Notes under the pieces: model-generated
Database searches by the model: none
What the model was told of the DNA's origin: nothing
The model's input: the letters and a program-made list of their open reading frames with translations, nothing else
Made by a program: the position numbers and the translations under genes
Assembly (NCBI GenBank): GCA_964019425.1
Contig: OZ025793.1
Location: forward strand, 434,001-498,000
Source: Flectonema sp. DT1601
Lineage: Eukaryota
Reading direction: 5' to 3'
Length of the DNA: 64,000 nucleotides
Part shown: in pieces, positions 36,509 to 49,520 of the stretch
Position numbering within the stretch: the first letter of the stretch is position 1
How the letters are laid out: the number at the start of each line of letters is the position of its first letter

Positions 36509-39085
36509 ATGTCTTCGGAAAAGAAAGAAACGATAAAAATATATTTGAGAGTGCGTCCTGCGAGAGATCCTTCAAAGAACTATCAAATTGACAAAGAATT
36601 CGACTCTGCGAAAATTAAATTTCATCTTGATAAGAATGTTCATAGTGAAGTTATAAATAATCAAATAGAAGACTACTCTTTTCAATTTACTGATGTTTTT
36701 GATAGAGAAACAACACAAGAACAGACCTTTGACAGAGTTGCAAAGGGATGCGTTGAGTCAGTTCTTCAAGGATACAACTCAACCATCTTTGCTTATGGTC
36801 AAACTGGAAGTGGAAAAACCTTTTCGATAACAGGAGGATCTGAGTCTTATGATCAACGAGGTATCATCCCGAGATCAATTGCCATGATATTCGATGCTGT
36901 AAAAAAGGATCCAACCGTCAATACGGAAATTCGAGTATCTTACATGCAAATCTATTCTGACAAAGGTCAAGACCTTCTCAACAAAGGTGAAGACGCTAAA
37001 TGTCTTGAAGACCTACCTAGAGTTACTGTAGCAGAAGGAGACGAAGAATTCATCGTTAAAGGTCTCGGTCAACATAAATGTGATCGCCAAGCAGACGCGC
37101 TCAACCTCCTATTTCTTGGTGACACAAACCGAATGTACTGTGAAACTACAATGAACAACAGCAGTAGTAGATCTCATTGTATATTTACTATTATGATCCA
37201 ACAACAGACACCTGGTTCAGCAATCGTAAGGAGATCAAAGCTCCACCTGGTTGATTTAGCAGGTTCCGAAAGAGTTAAAAAAACTGGTGCTGAAGGCCGA
37301 CTCCTCCAAGAGGCCAGATACATCAACCTTTCACTTCACTTCTTACAGGAAGTAATTACAGCACTTTGTGATAAAGCAGAAGGAAAACGAGATCACATCC
37401 CATACAGGCAATCGCTGATGACAATGGTACTGAGAGACTCATTGGGAGGTAATTGTAAAACTGTAATGTTGGCAACAGCTCATCCACAAGACTTGTGGAT
37501 GGATGAAACCATCTCTACTTGTAAATTTGCCCAACGAGTAGCCAGCATCAAAGTTAATGCGAGAGTGAATGAGGAAACAGATCCGACTCTTTTGGTTAAA
37601 AAACTACGTTCAGAAGTAGCAACTCTCAAAGAAGAGCTCGCAATGTATCGAAAAGGTGACCAGGCAGGTGATCGTATCCTCTCAACCGATGAGAAGGACC
37701 GTTGTAGAGAAGCACTCGATAGATATTTAAAAAATGACAATCCTGAAGAAAACCTTACTGGATTAGAAGGAGACCTGGCTAGAATATTTTATTGTTTTTC
37801 AGTTTTAAAGGATACTGTAAATGCAAAGGGAGGAGCTCTTACTCAAACACCAGCTGTTCAGTCTGGAACACCAAAGACGAATCCTTCAACTCCTGATGTC
37901 AGTCCTGAGAGTGGAGGAGTTGAGGGAGTAAATGCAAAGCAATATCATCAATTGCAATTACAACTTCAATACAAAGACAATGAATTGAACATGTTACTTG
38001 GGATTGTTCAAAAATATCAAAGAAGGAAGCGAACTCTTGCAACTCAAACAGGACTTGACTGCGACGTGAGTCAATCAGATCATCAAAATCCCAGAATTCC
38101 AACACCTCCTTCAAAACCTCCTTCGATGACAAGAGAAGATCAACACAATCAAGTTAAGATGGTATCAGTGCAACATCAACTAGCTTCTGATTATAATTTA
38201 GAAAGTCTTGATACCCACGGCTTAGAATTATTTAAAGACACGGCGAGTGCTTTCGAACAATTCCGCCGATCTTGGCGAAAATTTGAACAAGTTGAAAGAC
38301 AAAAAGATGAGCAACGAACCCGCTGTGACCGCGCCAAATCTCTGGCTGCTACGGTATGTTGATATCCTTGTCGGTGATTCTCAAATCTATGGTAAAGGCA
38401 GGAGGAAAGAAAAAAAAACAGATTAACTCGCACTCCTCTCAAATCACAACTACGAAAAATAAAATTCAACAACTTCGAGCAGAACGTGCAACACAAGGAT
38501 GGGAAGAACCTCATCCCGAAGAGAAGCAGGTATTCATATTAGTTATTGTTGTGTTGATTCACTCGGGTGTTGTGCAACTGCCTGTCAATACATGACGTTC
38601 TTAAACATATAAAAACAATAATAATAAAACAGTTGTTTACCGTACTCGACAGAGAGAAGACAGCTTATCGTAAGCTGGTGGCCGAGTTGTCAGAAGAAAA
38701 AAAGGTGTACGAACACTTCCAAAATATACTTAGGGGTGTAAGCGCAAAACTGACGTCTGATTTTGAAAGTTGGTGGTCTCTACGAAAATGGCAACTTACT
38801 GGTTCCCAAGGCAGGAGTGACAGCATAGTGGCGTTCAGTGATAAGAAATTCGCAGAAAGATCTACAGAACTGTCTCGTGGTATGAGTGAAGTAAAAACTA
38901 TAAATCAAACCTTGACACAACCAGATCCGGTAGTTCAAAAGTATCCGTCAGCCACCCACCAACAAATTAATCGTCCTCGAGGCGCTGCCCCTGATCATGA
39001 AGTTCAAAGCGAACTTCAAAAGCTCTTTCAGGCCAGAGATCGCTTGAAGGATATCAATCAGGGACCAGCAAGCTTACCAGGTTAG
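36509..39085 (+). CDS. Kinesin, probably kinesin-9 (KIF6/KIF9-like), ~801 aa; exons 36509-38353, 38422-38529, 38633-39085
   Basis: GQTGSGKT P-loop, SSRSH, DLAGSER, HIPYR, LRDSLGGNCKT; EARYINLSLHFL is typical of kinesin-9; introns join in frame. Confidence 0.93.
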
Positions 39086-39529
39086 GCAAATACAATCTTA
39101 ACTTTCCTTCAATACTTTTTATACTTAGCCGTGCCAAGTCTGTTTTGCACGTCGTATTTCGTGTTGCAAAAGGATACTTCCCTCCGAAAGAGATGGATTC
39201 AAAAAAAAAAAATGAAAAAACCAAAAGGAAGCAGGAAGTTACTGTGCTGAGACTACGATACTTGAAAAAATATTTCTTTTTCTGCATCTCAGTAGCTTAG
39301 TTGTTTTTTGTTTGTTCCCAAAATTGAGGGAAAACTTTCGCCTGATTTTTCCTTATTTTAGTACACATTTTTCTGTTACGTTTTGTTCTGTTTTTATTTA
39401 TTTATTGTTTTTAAGCCTTAAAGATTTTTCTTTTTCCCATAGAATTTTTTTTTTTTTTTTTTTTTTTTTGTTGTTGAAAATAAGAATAGGAATGTGTGGT
39501 AACCATTATATTCAAAACAGTACTACAAA

Positions 39530-42500
39530 ATGCCTCCAAAGAGGGGAGGTGGAAAGAAGTATCCACCTGGTTCAGTGTTGGGAGCCACTAGAAGCCGAAT
39601 ACAAAGACAGAAGAAAGATTCATCTGAGCCAACAAAATGTCACAAGCCTTGGTCACAATCACAACGTGTTGCTGGGCCTATGAGAAGTAATGCCGCCCGA
39701 TTTCCTAAAGACCTCGACCCTGATGATCGTGACTTCGCTAACCTTCCACAGCCTGATGCTCCTTATGGAAAATGGGGACACACTCCTCGTTTCAAGGATG
39801 CTGATAAACAGGGAGCTCACGCATACCTCGACCCCGACTACGACACCAAATCTAAACTTGAAAGAGATCAAGGTCGTACAACTTCTCAATTTAAAGATTC
39901 GGCAGCGAAGAGCAGGATCGATGATGATCATCAAGATGGTTCTTCGTTTATGCCAACACATAAAGAATGGTGTGAGTCGAAACCATTTGACGGTCCAATG
40001 GCAAGCCGCGCTCGTCGCTTTTCTGGAGAGCAGGAAACGGACGAGAGGGATTTCCCAGACATTCAGCCGGAAAGGGAACACGACTGGAATGGAAAGTGGA
40101 GGGACACACCTAGAGATCACAAGGATAAGCAAAGTGGAGCCCACGCATACCTCGACCCCGACTACGACACCAAATCTAAACTTGAAAGAGATCAAGGTCG
40201 TACAACTTCTCAATTCAAAGATTCGGCAGCGAAGAGCAGGATCGATGATGATCACCAAGATGGTTCTTCATTTATGCCAACACATAAAGAATGGTGTGAG
40301 TCGAAACCATTTGACGGTCCAATGGCAAGCCGCACTCGTCGCTTTTCTGGGGAGCAGGAAACGGACGAGAGGGATTTCCCAGACATTCAGCCGGAAAGGG
40401 AGCACGACTGGGATGGAAGGTGGAGGGACACACCTAGAGATCAGAAAGATAAGCAAAGTGGAGCCCACGCGTACCTCGACCCCGACTACGACACCAAATC
40501 TAAACTTGAAAGAGATCAAGGTCGTACAACTTCTCAATTCAAAGATTCGGCAGCGAAGAGCAGGATCGATGATGATCATCAAGATGGTTCTTCGTTTATG
40601 CCAACACATAAAGAATGGTGTGAGTCGAAACCATTTGACGGTCCAATGGCAAGCCGCACTCGTCGCTTTTCTGGGGAGCAGGAAACGGACGAGAGGGATT
40701 TCCCAGACATTCAGCCGGAAAGGGAACACGACTGGAATGGAAAGTGGAGGGACACACCTAGAGATCACAAGGATAAGCAAAGTGGAGCCCACGCATACCT
40801 CGACCCCGACTACGACACCAAATCTAAACTTGAAAGAGATCAAGGTCGTACAACTTCTCAATTCAAAGATTCGGCAGCGAAGAGCAGGATCGATGATGAT
40901 CACCAAGATGGTTCTTCATTTATGCCAACACACAAAGAATGGTGTGAGTCGAAACCATTTGACGGTCCAATGGCAAGCCGCGCTCGTCGCTTTTCTGGAG
41001 AGCAGGAAACGGACGAGAGGGATTTCCCAGACATTCAGCCGGAAAGGGAACACGACTGGAATGGAAAGTGGAGGGACACACCTAGAGATCACAAGGATAA
41101 GCAAAGTGGAGCCCACGCATACCTCGACCCCGACTACGACACCAAATCTAAACTTGAAAGAGATCAAGGTCGTACAACTTCTCAATTCAAAGATTCGGCA
41201 GCGAAGAGCAGGATCGATGATGATCATCAAGATGGTTCTTCGTTCATGCCAACACATAAAGAATGGTGTGAGTCGAAACCATTTGACGGTCCAATGGCAA
41301 GCCGCGCTCGTCGCTTTTCTGGAGAGCAGGAAATGGACGAGAGGGATTTCCCAGACATTCAGCCAGAAAGGGAGCACGACTGGAACGGAAAGTGGAGGGA
41401 CACACCTAGAGATCAGAAAGATAAGCAAAGTGGAGCCCACGCATACCTCGACCCCGACTACGACACCAAATCTAAACTTGAAAGAGATCAAGGTCGTACA
41501 ACTTCTCAATTCAAAGATTCGGCAGCGAAGAGCAGGATCGATGATGATCATCAAGATGGTTCTTCGTTTATGCCAACACATAAAGAATGGTGTGAGTCGA
41601 AACCATTTGACGGTCCAATGGCAAGCCGCGCTCGTCGCTTTTCTGGAGAGCAGGAAACGGACGAGAGGGATTTCCCAGACATTCAGCCGGAAAGGGAGCA
41701 CGACTGGGATGGAAGGTGGAGGGACACACCTAGAGATCAGAAAGATAAGCAAAGTGGAGCCCACGCGTACCTCGACCCCGACTACGACACCAAATCTAAA
41801 CTTGAAAGAGATCAAGGTCGTACAACTTCTCAATTCAAAGATTCGGCAGCGAAGAGCAGGATCGATGATGATCATCAAGATGGTTCTTCGTTCATGCCAA
41901 CACATAAAGAATGGTGTGAGTCGAAACCATTTGACGGTCCAATGGCAAGCCGCGCTCGTCGCTTTTCTGGAGAGCAGGAAACGGACGAGAGGGATTTCCC
42001 AGACATTCAGCCAGAAAGGGAACACGACTGGAATGGAAAGTGGAGGGACACACCTAGAGATCACAAGGATAAGCAAAGTGGAGCCCACGCATACCTCGAC
42101 CCCGACTACGACACCAAATCTAAACTTGAAAGAGATCAAGGTCGTACAACTTCTCAATTCAAAGATTCGGCAGCGAAGAGCAGGATCGATGATGATCATC
42201 AAGATGGTTCTTCGTTCATGCCAACACATAAAGAATGGTGTGAGTCGAAACCATTTGACGGTCCAATGGCAAGCCGCACTCGTCGCTTTTCTGGGGAGCA
42301 GGAAACGGACGAGAGGGATTTCCCAGACATTCAGCCGGAAAGGGAGCACGACTGGGATGGAAGGTGGAGGGACACACCTAGAGATCAGAAAGATAAGCAA
42401 AGTGGAGCCCACGCATACCTCGACCCCGACTACGACACCAAATCTAAACTTGAAAGAGATCAAGGTCGTACAACTTCTCAATTCAAAGATTCGGCAGCGA

Positions 42501-43892
42501 AGAGCAGGATCGATGATGATCACCAAGATGGTTCTTCGTTTATGCCAACACATAAAGAATGGTGTGAGTCGAAACCATTTGACGGTCCAATGGCAAGCCG
42601 CACTCGTCGCTTTTCTGGGGAGCAGGAAACGGACGAGAGGGATTTCCCAGACATTCAGCCGGAAAGGGAGCACGACTGGGATGGAAGGTGGAGGGACACA
42701 CCTAGAGATCAGAAAGATAAGCAAAGTGGAGCCCACGCGTACCTCGACCCCGACTACGACACCAAATCTAAACTTGAAAGAGATCAAGGTCGTACAACTT
42801 CTCAATTCAAAGATTCGGCAGCGAAGAGCAGGATCGATGATGATCATCAAGATGGTTCTTCGTTTATGCCAACACATAAAGAATGGTGTGAGCCGAATCC
42901 GAACGGTGGAATGATGTCCAGCAGGGAAGACAGATTTGGTAACGATGATCTACCAAAAGACGTTACACCAGATGCTGGTTTTTACGATCCTAGTTCGTTG
43001 GATTCAAAGAAGGGTCTCGCAAAGACCACTGCTGATCGCTTTAAATATAAAGAGTACGATGGTGCGGATTACGTTTCTCCACATGAAGAAGCCATCACAG
43101 GAGGAAGAATTATGTATGTGACTAATTCTATGACTATTTTAATAAAATAAATGAAAAATATAATTCAACAACAGGGTCGAGGACAAACATCCTCCAACTG
43201 ACTCGCACATCACACAAAATGTTGAGTTTCTGGCTCCTCCAACTGGCATAGAGAAGTGTGGAGCTACGGACTGGATGTTTAAGTCTGGAGCTATCAGATC
43301 ACCAGACATGATGACTAGCGACTATGAAGATGGACATGAAGACAGACAATATAGTAATGCTGTACTTCCAGATATCACTGCTGATATGAAAGTAAATGCT
43401 GCTCCAAGTTTTAACTCAAAATCTAAGAGATTTGGTGATCAACACAGTGTGACTGACGCAGTAACATATTTAGATGACTTGGTACAGCCACCAAATAGAG
43501 AGAACGCTTCCTGGATGTTTAAACCACCATCATCACGAAGTGTACCGCACGCTGTAGAACTTGACCAAGACAGACGGGACTATGGAAACGTTCCCGAGGT
43601 ATTAGCAACAACGGGTGTGAAGTTCCCTGTTGCCGCAAGATTTCCTCCAGTGCTGTTTCCAGAAGAAAAGCCGGGACCAGGTGCCTACGATCCCGATTTG
43701 GATCGTGGTAATGCTGCCTTATTTCCAAAGGATAAGAGATTCAAAGACGGTGAAATTAATGATGCCCCATACTACACTATTCCTGGACTGGCTGACGAGA
43801 GTGAACAGACTTCGAGACAAGCACATGCCGCAGGACTCGGTTTTGGATCGACAAATCTGAGATTCGATGAAGAAGATGAATTCGATGAGTGA
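39530..43892 (+). CDS. Repeat protein (~1433 aa) with 108-aa tandem repeats and SHIPPO/STPG-like motifs, probably flagellar; exons 39530-43113, 43175-43892
   Basis: Intron GTATGT...CAACAG joins in frame; PGPGAYDP, TPDAGFYDP and recurring 'S..RF' motifs. Confidence 0.8.
39812..42892 (+). repeat. Coding tandem repeat, 324-bp unit, ~9.5 copies
   Basis: GC(A/G)TACCTCGACCCCGAC recurs at 39821, 40145, ... 42737 with an exact 324-bp period. Confidence 0.98.
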
Positions 43893-44504
43893 TACTTGAA
43901 ATTCGTGCTTCAGCCATGTGTAGAACGAAACTATTTTTTCAGAGGGAATTGAACTAAACGTGCGAAGTCGACTATCGAAGAACAAAAATAGCGATTCTGC
44001 TGTTTTTTAGTACGTTTTTTTTTTTCCACCTTTTCTTTTTCTGTTGTTGTTTTTTAATTTATTGTTTTTTTTCCCCTTTATACGACCGATTTCAGCAGTT
44101 AGTTTTCCCTTTTTTTTTTTTTTTTTTTTTTTCTTTTTTCCCGGTGTCAGTTCCGATTGTCTCAAAAGCAAATTAAGTGTTTCCTCTTTTGTGGAAAAAA
44201 TATTGCCCTGCATTCTATTCCATTTTTTTTGGAAAAACACCCTTTACTGTTGACATTTGAGGCGAATTCACTACTCCCATTCCTGCTTTCAAAAACCCTC
44301 CCAGTGTTCTTTGTCTTCCCCAAAACCTGCTACGTATTTGAGTTGAAACCACGTGTTCTCTCTCTCTTGATGGTTATTTCATTCTTTTTTTTCCCTTGGT
44401 TATTGTACAGCAAATATGTCTCGTCCCATTATTTCATTCCTTGTTGCGTTTTTTTTTCTTTAAATTATCGGTTTTCCCCCCCTTCCAATTCAGACAGTAA
44501 TGCG

Positions 44505-47500
44505 ATGCAACCTGGCCCGGCTCGACAAAATAGCCAGCCACTAGATGAAGGTACCCATGGAGAGCAGGTACCTGAAAGCAGCACTTTTCCTTCAGCAAAT
44601 CCACTGAACTTCGGAAAAGATAGAAATTCACCATTGCAACCTATTGGGTCTGTGGGTCAGAGATCGGGAGGGGGTAGGAGTTTGCATTCTATTAGTTCAA
44701 CAGGAAGCTCGTTACATTCATTAAAACACGTGTTGGTTGATGTCAACGACGGTACTACTTCGAGTAATAACAACACGAACTCTAACTACATAGGTAGTAT
44801 CGGTAGGCCAGGTAGCAGAAATAACTCACACCATGCAGTACCATTTCCTACAAGAAGAGTTAGAGGATTATCAGGGCTGTCAGGACATGGCGGAGGCTCA
44901 CCCAAAGCTGGTGCTAGAACTGATACGATATCTCCTGATGGTCAAAAATCTGTAGCCCAGCATTCACGAGTCCACACCGTTAAAATTGAACACACTGGCG
45001 GTAAAAAAGAAATCCCCTGTGAAGCCGGCCTCGCCCGAATCAAATCAAGCGGCAAGGAACTTTCAGCAACACATGTCGTAAGCAGTGTTCGATACTACCG
45101 AGACCAGGGTAATGATGATATAAATGCGAATGAGCCAACTCCAATGCTATCTCCACCCCCATCTAAAGCTGAAGGAGGTGGCTTACCAGCAACGAGTCAT
45201 CATCCAAAGACTCACAGTATTCAGAGTTTATTTAAGAGAGCTCCTGTTTCCAAAGTTGTTAAGCACGTACCAGCAAGACATCGTCATCGGAGGCGAAAAG
45301 CCGACGGGTCTGACAGTCAGAGTCCTGAACAAATGCTTCCACCACCAGATTCCGTCATCCTTTCTGCCCCAAGCGAAAGTTCCGGAGGAGCAAATAAGAT
45401 TATCGTTGAAAAAGTTGTGTCTTTCTCAGATCCTCATCCACAAGCAAAACTCGGTATCACATGGAGAGGAATTGAATTTGGATGTATTGTTGCAGGGATT
45501 GTAAAGCCAGACTCAACGGGTGACCACTTCGGTTTTCAAGATGGCATGCGTCTGGTTGCAATAGACAAACGACGAATTGTAAATAAAACAGATCTTGAAG
45601 AGACAATTGGTCCTCGAGGACTTGCTATGGAGCGACTGTGGGCTGGAGAACGGATACGATTTCTGCTCGAAATAGACGCAGATCAGCTCTCCCCTCTCGA
45701 TAGTATTGTTGATGATATTGAGAAGTATGGAGAAGAAGAAGATTCCAGCGAGTCCATCAGCGACAGTGACTCTACTGGTTCGTATGAGATGGAGTACACT
45801 GTAATGCTACCAGCTTATCATCCAATCTTTGAAGCTGTTTGGTTGCCTGTGATCACCAGTGTGGTACCAGAAGCTTGCTTTATTCAAATCCCACACATGA
45901 TTGAGAAGGTTGGCTTAATATGGACGTTAATATTAGTGTTAGGCACAGCATGGATCTCTACTGTCTCTCTCGCTTCTATTTCTGCTATTCTGACAAAGAA
46001 AATCGCCAACTGTGAAACTGACAGCAACAGTCCGTACCACATGATCAGCAGACATGTGGGAACAGAATACGGAGGAGCTGTTGGATTCTTGTATTGGGTC
46101 GTTATGGTTATGCTTCTAGCATCTCGTTCACACTCGTTGGGAGAGGTTTATTTTCGCTATTTCTTCGATTCTGCCTCGTCTGTTTCATTCCTTGGAATCT
46201 GGTTATCAGCCTGGGCAGTACAACTTCTGTCATATCTCTCCGAATGGGCTGGAATCCGCTACGTTTCTATATTCGAATTATTTGCAGTTTTATGTACAGC
46301 ACTTTATCTGATTATTTTCGTTTTCGCGCTGGTCCCTATAACGTATGAACAGCAAAATGAGTGGCGTAGCGGGTGGCCAACAAGTAGTGGGATAACAAGT
46401 AACCTTTGGACTGCTCCAACTGAGGGATACTATGATATTATTGAATGCTTTTGTCGATTCTTCCCTTCCAGTTTAGGGATTCTTATTGTTCTTGGCAGAG
46501 CCACTGACTTGAAAGAACCAGAGAAAGATCTTCCCAAAGCAACGCTGTTCTCTATGGCTTCCTGTTGGGTAGTCATCTTGTTTGTAACACTTTTCATTGG
46601 TATCTTCTACAATCCGTATAAAGGAGATAGTACTGTGACTTTAACTGTTGCTAATGATGTTCCAGAAAAGATTAGCGCCTTGAAATTTGCAGGTATCGTT
46701 AACTCTTTCGAACCCGTTTATATATTCTGCGTGGGTGTGTCGGTTCTTATCCAATGCTGGCAAACAATGCAAATTGCTCCTAATGTGCTTTCAGCTATTG
46801 CAACAGACCACGTTGCTCAAATCCTCGAGGCTTTTAGTAATCCAGACCCAGGTGAGAAAGCAACCCGCGCTGCGCTGTTTTCATTCTTATTAGCAGCTTT
46901 GTTAGTCCCGTTAAGATCTTACTTATATGTCGGTGTTACAATCATGTCGCTGATCTGTTTGTTAATAATTAACGGTGTCGCTGCATTTGGGTGCTTTATG
47001 GAATACACAACACATAATCGTAATCACTCGTTTGGTTTCTCATCTTGGAAAATAAGCACATTAGCTTTTATATCATGTGTCTACACGATATTCTCTATTA
47101 ATTGGTATGCTGCACTTTCGCTGTTGCTGGTGACAATGGCTGTTGGAAAATACCTCGAGTTTAAGAGCGATTACACATCGTGGGGAGAAGGAGTGAAAGG
47201 TGTGCAGCTTCAGCACGCCCTGGAAAAACTACTGTCTCTGGAGAGTGTTGGAAGTCAAACAAAGAATTGGAGACCTCAATTAATGGTTTTAGTTCAGTTA
47301 GATAACGATGGAGGTATTCAACAGCCCCGACTTTTGAGTATTGCAGACCAGTTAAAGATGGGAAAGGGATTGGTGATATTCGCAGCTGTAGTCGAAGGAA
47401 ACTATTCCCAAAAGAAAGATGTGATAGAATTCGCTGAAAACTCTCTGATAGAGCAAAACCAAGAACTGGGAATCCAGGCCTTCACGAAGGTTATCGCTGC

Positions 47501-48449
47501 TGACAGCTATCTGGAAGGCTGTAGTTATCTATTTCAAGGACTTGGATTGGGATGTCTATGCCCAAACACTGTTCTGCTTGTATGGCCAGAAGACTGGAAG
47601 ACGAGACGAGGCTCAGCAACAGAGTTTTCATCACTTTTAACAACTGCTCACGACATGTCAAAGGCTGTTCTTGTGATAAGAGGGATTAAAAGCTTTCCTT
47701 GCGCTAGAGACGAACTCAAAGATGTTGTAGACGCACCTCTATGTGGCGATCATATCGATTTGTGGTGGATTGTCCACGACGGTGGAATCGAACTCTTGAT
47801 TGCTTTCTTACTACGACAACACGCACAGTGGAAGAAGTGTAAACTTCGTATATTTACAATTGTGCCGTCTGGTGATGACACTGATGGACTCGCAATGTCA
47901 CTGTCTGAAGAGTTGTCTCGTTTGCGCATTGACGCTTTACTTATTGTTCACCCTGTTGAGGGAGAGTGGATAAGGGAATTCTTATGTACAGCTGAAGACG
48001 AATCACACCAAAAGACAAAACTGATGGAGAAACTGTGTGTCAGTGATGATGAAAGGTCTCATGTAATCGATCAAGTATTGCAAAGTCATACATGTAGTAG
48101 CAGACCTAGTAATTCACCAGTTACAGAAGAAAGAATTCAGCTTCCTAGAGTTGCTTCCGGAGTCGCATTTGATGATTTTCCGATGGTAGATCTTGTTGGT
48201 TCCCGTGGAGCGGAAACAGAGTACACAGCTCAAAATCGCATGTCCGTATCCTACCATTTTGAATGCCTCAACGAACTCATCTCCGAACATTCTCAATTTA
48301 ACGACTTAGTGGTGATCTCATTCCCTGACTGCACTAACTTCTACACCGCTGAAGAGTTTATGGAATGTATGGAGAAGATGCTTCACGGAATACAGAGGGC
48401 TATCTTAATCAGAGGAACTGGAGAGCAGGTCATTACAGGTTACTGGTGA
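44505..48449 (+). CDS. SLC12 / cation-chloride cotransporter (KCC-like) with long N-terminal extension and PDZ-like domain
   Basis: YHMISRHVGTEYGGAVG, KNWRPQL, GLGLGCLCPNTVLLVWP, IDLWWIVHDGG, CKLRIF, ILIRGTGEQVIT; about 12 TM segments. Confidence 0.92.
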   Translation: MQPGPARQNSQPLDEGTHGEQVPESSTFPSANPLNFGKDRNSPLQPIGSVGQRSGGGRSLHSISSTGSSLHSLKHVLVDVNDGTTSSNNNTNSNYIGSIGRPGSRNNSHHAVPFPTRRVRGLSGLSGHGGGSPKAGARTDTISPDGQKSVAQHSRVHTVKIEHTGGKKEIPCEAGLARIKSSGKELSATHVVSSVRYYRDQGNDDINANEPTPMLSPPPSKAEGGGLPATSHHPKTHSIQSLFKRAPVSKVVKHVPARHRHRRRKADGSDSQSPEQMLPPPDSVILSAPSESSGGANKIIVEKVVSFSDPHPQAKLGITWRGIEFGCIVAGIVKPDSTGDHFGFQDGMRLVAIDKRRIVNKTDLEETIGPRGLAMERLWAGERIRFLLEIDADQLSPLDSIVDDIEKYGEEEDSSESISDSDSTGSYEMEYTVMLPAYHPIFEAVWLPVITSVVPEACFIQIPHMIEKVGLIWTLILVLGTAWISTVSLASISAILTKKIANCETDSNSPYHMISRHVGTEYGGAVGFLYWVVMVMLLASRSHSLGEVYFRYFFDSASSVSFLGIWLSAWAVQLLSYLSEWAGIRYVSIFELFAVLCTALYLIIFVFALVPITYEQQNEWRSGWPTSSGITSNLWTAPTEGYYDIIECFCRFFPSSLGILIVLGRATDLKEPEKDLPKATLFSMASCWVVILFVTLFIGIFYNPYKGDSTVTLTVANDVPEKISALKFAGIVNSFEPVYIFCVGVSVLIQCWQTMQIAPNVLSAIATDHVAQILEAFSNPDPGEKATRAALFSFLLAALLVPLRSYLYVGVTIMSLICLLIINGVAAFGCFMEYTTHNRNHSFGFSSWKISTLAFISCVYTIFSINWYAALSLLLVTMAVGKYLEFKSDYTSWGEGVKGVQLQHALEKLLSLESVGSQTKNWRPQLMVLVQLDNDGGIQQPRLLSIADQLKMGKGLVIFAAVVEGNYSQKKDVIEFAENSLIEQNQELGIQAFTKVIAADSYLEGCSYLFQGLGLGCLCPNTVLLVWPEDWKTRRGSATEFSSLLTTAHDMSKAVLVIRGIKSFPCARDELKDVVDAPLCGDHIDLWWIVHDGGIELLIAFLLRQHAQWKKCKLRIFTIVPSGDDTDGLAMSLSEELSRLRIDALLIVHPVEGEWIREFLCTAEDESHQKTKLMEKLCVSDDERSHVIDQVLQSHTCSSRPSNSPVTEERIQLPRVASGVAFDDFPMVDLVGSRGAETEYTAQNRMSVSYHFECLNELISEHSQFNDLVVISFPDCTNFYTAEEFMECMEKMLHGIQRAILIRGTGEQVITGYW

Positions 48450-49435
48450 GCGCATCCAGATATCGATCGACATTGATGCAGGCTTGTGTATGTGTTCTTA
48501 TTTATTTACAAAGAACATGAGTTTTTGCGAAACATCCTTCTAGGTCTTTTATTTTTCCTTGGCAGAGGTGCACCTTTAACAAATTTAACAAATAAACAGG
48601 TATCCAAAAACTCACCTGAAATACGAGATTATTATTTTGTGTTTTTTTTCTTTTTTGAGTGCTGTCTCATTTTGTAACATTCATTTACTGGGCTTGTGGC
48701 CCAACCAGCCATCCTATCTAGTTTGTCACTATCCTGGCTAAATTGTCTTTTAAAATTTTGGTTTGGTGTTTGTTTTTTCTCTTTTCTCTTTTTGGAAAGG
48801 ATGAATATTATTGATTGTGGCTGTCAAGTACACATATAAAGCAACAGTTGAGTTTACTTCATTAGTGGCAGAAAAGCATAAGCAGTGCTGAGTGAAGGGT
48901 TCTCTTCCGATATGGTTTAAAAGTCAATCTGAAGAGTTGCACCGCACTTGGTTCTCTCCAAATGATTACGGCCACTTTTTTTCTGGAAACGAAGCGAATC
49001 TTCGAAAAAAAAAAACTTTAGTCTTTCGCATCTTTACGCAATGTAATGGTTTGTTTTGGGTTTCGTTCCCTAATAGATTCCCAGGAACCCCCGATTTTTG
49101 GTTCTCGTCTTCAGTTTCGGTTAGTTGTTACAATAGCACTGGTTCCCTTACCCCACCAACCCCACTGCTTTACTTTTCTTTAGTAAGTGACTACCGTCAA
49201 GCTAATCGTGTACATGACGTTAAATCGGTTGCAAGGTGTAGCAGGTGCTTTCCTTCATGCATGTGTTTTGATTGCAACGTTTCTCTCAACAGCAGTAACC
49301 AAAATGCAAAATATGAGCAAGGTGCGTGGTATGCAAAATGACTCATTGGACCCTTTTCCCATTTTTTTCATGAATTCCATACTACTCGTTTGTCTGAAAA
49401 CTCTGATCTAATAAAAGCGAAGTCACATTGAAAAA

Positions 49436-49507
49436 TGGAGAATGAGGGGTTCGAACCCTCGACCTCCCGTATGCAGAACGGGCGCTCTACCACTGAGCTA
49501 ATCCCCC
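49436..49507 (-). tRNA. tRNA-Ala(UGC)
   Basis: GGGGGAT-TA-GCTC AGTGGTA GAGC-G-CCCGT TCTGCAT ACGGG-AGGTC-GAGGG TTCGAAC CCCTC-ATTCTCC-A; full cloverleaf with the G3:U70 Ala identity pair. Confidence 0.93.
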
Positions 49508-49520
49508 GATAAAAGAAGAC

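Noticed and set aside
7355..42892. CRISPR array
   Set aside because: The tandem repeats are long coding units with no unique spacers and no cas genes.
39690..42914. 1074-aa alternative-frame ORF and long antisense ORFs over the 324-bp repeat
   Set aside because: One stop-free 3n unit multiplied by tandem repetition; these frames close outside the repeat.
44157..44504. N-terminal extension of the SLC12 ORF (likewise extensions at 170, 2291, 7265, 22958)
   Set aside because: Non-ATG starts in T-rich upstream sequence; the likely starts are ATGs after AG acceptors.
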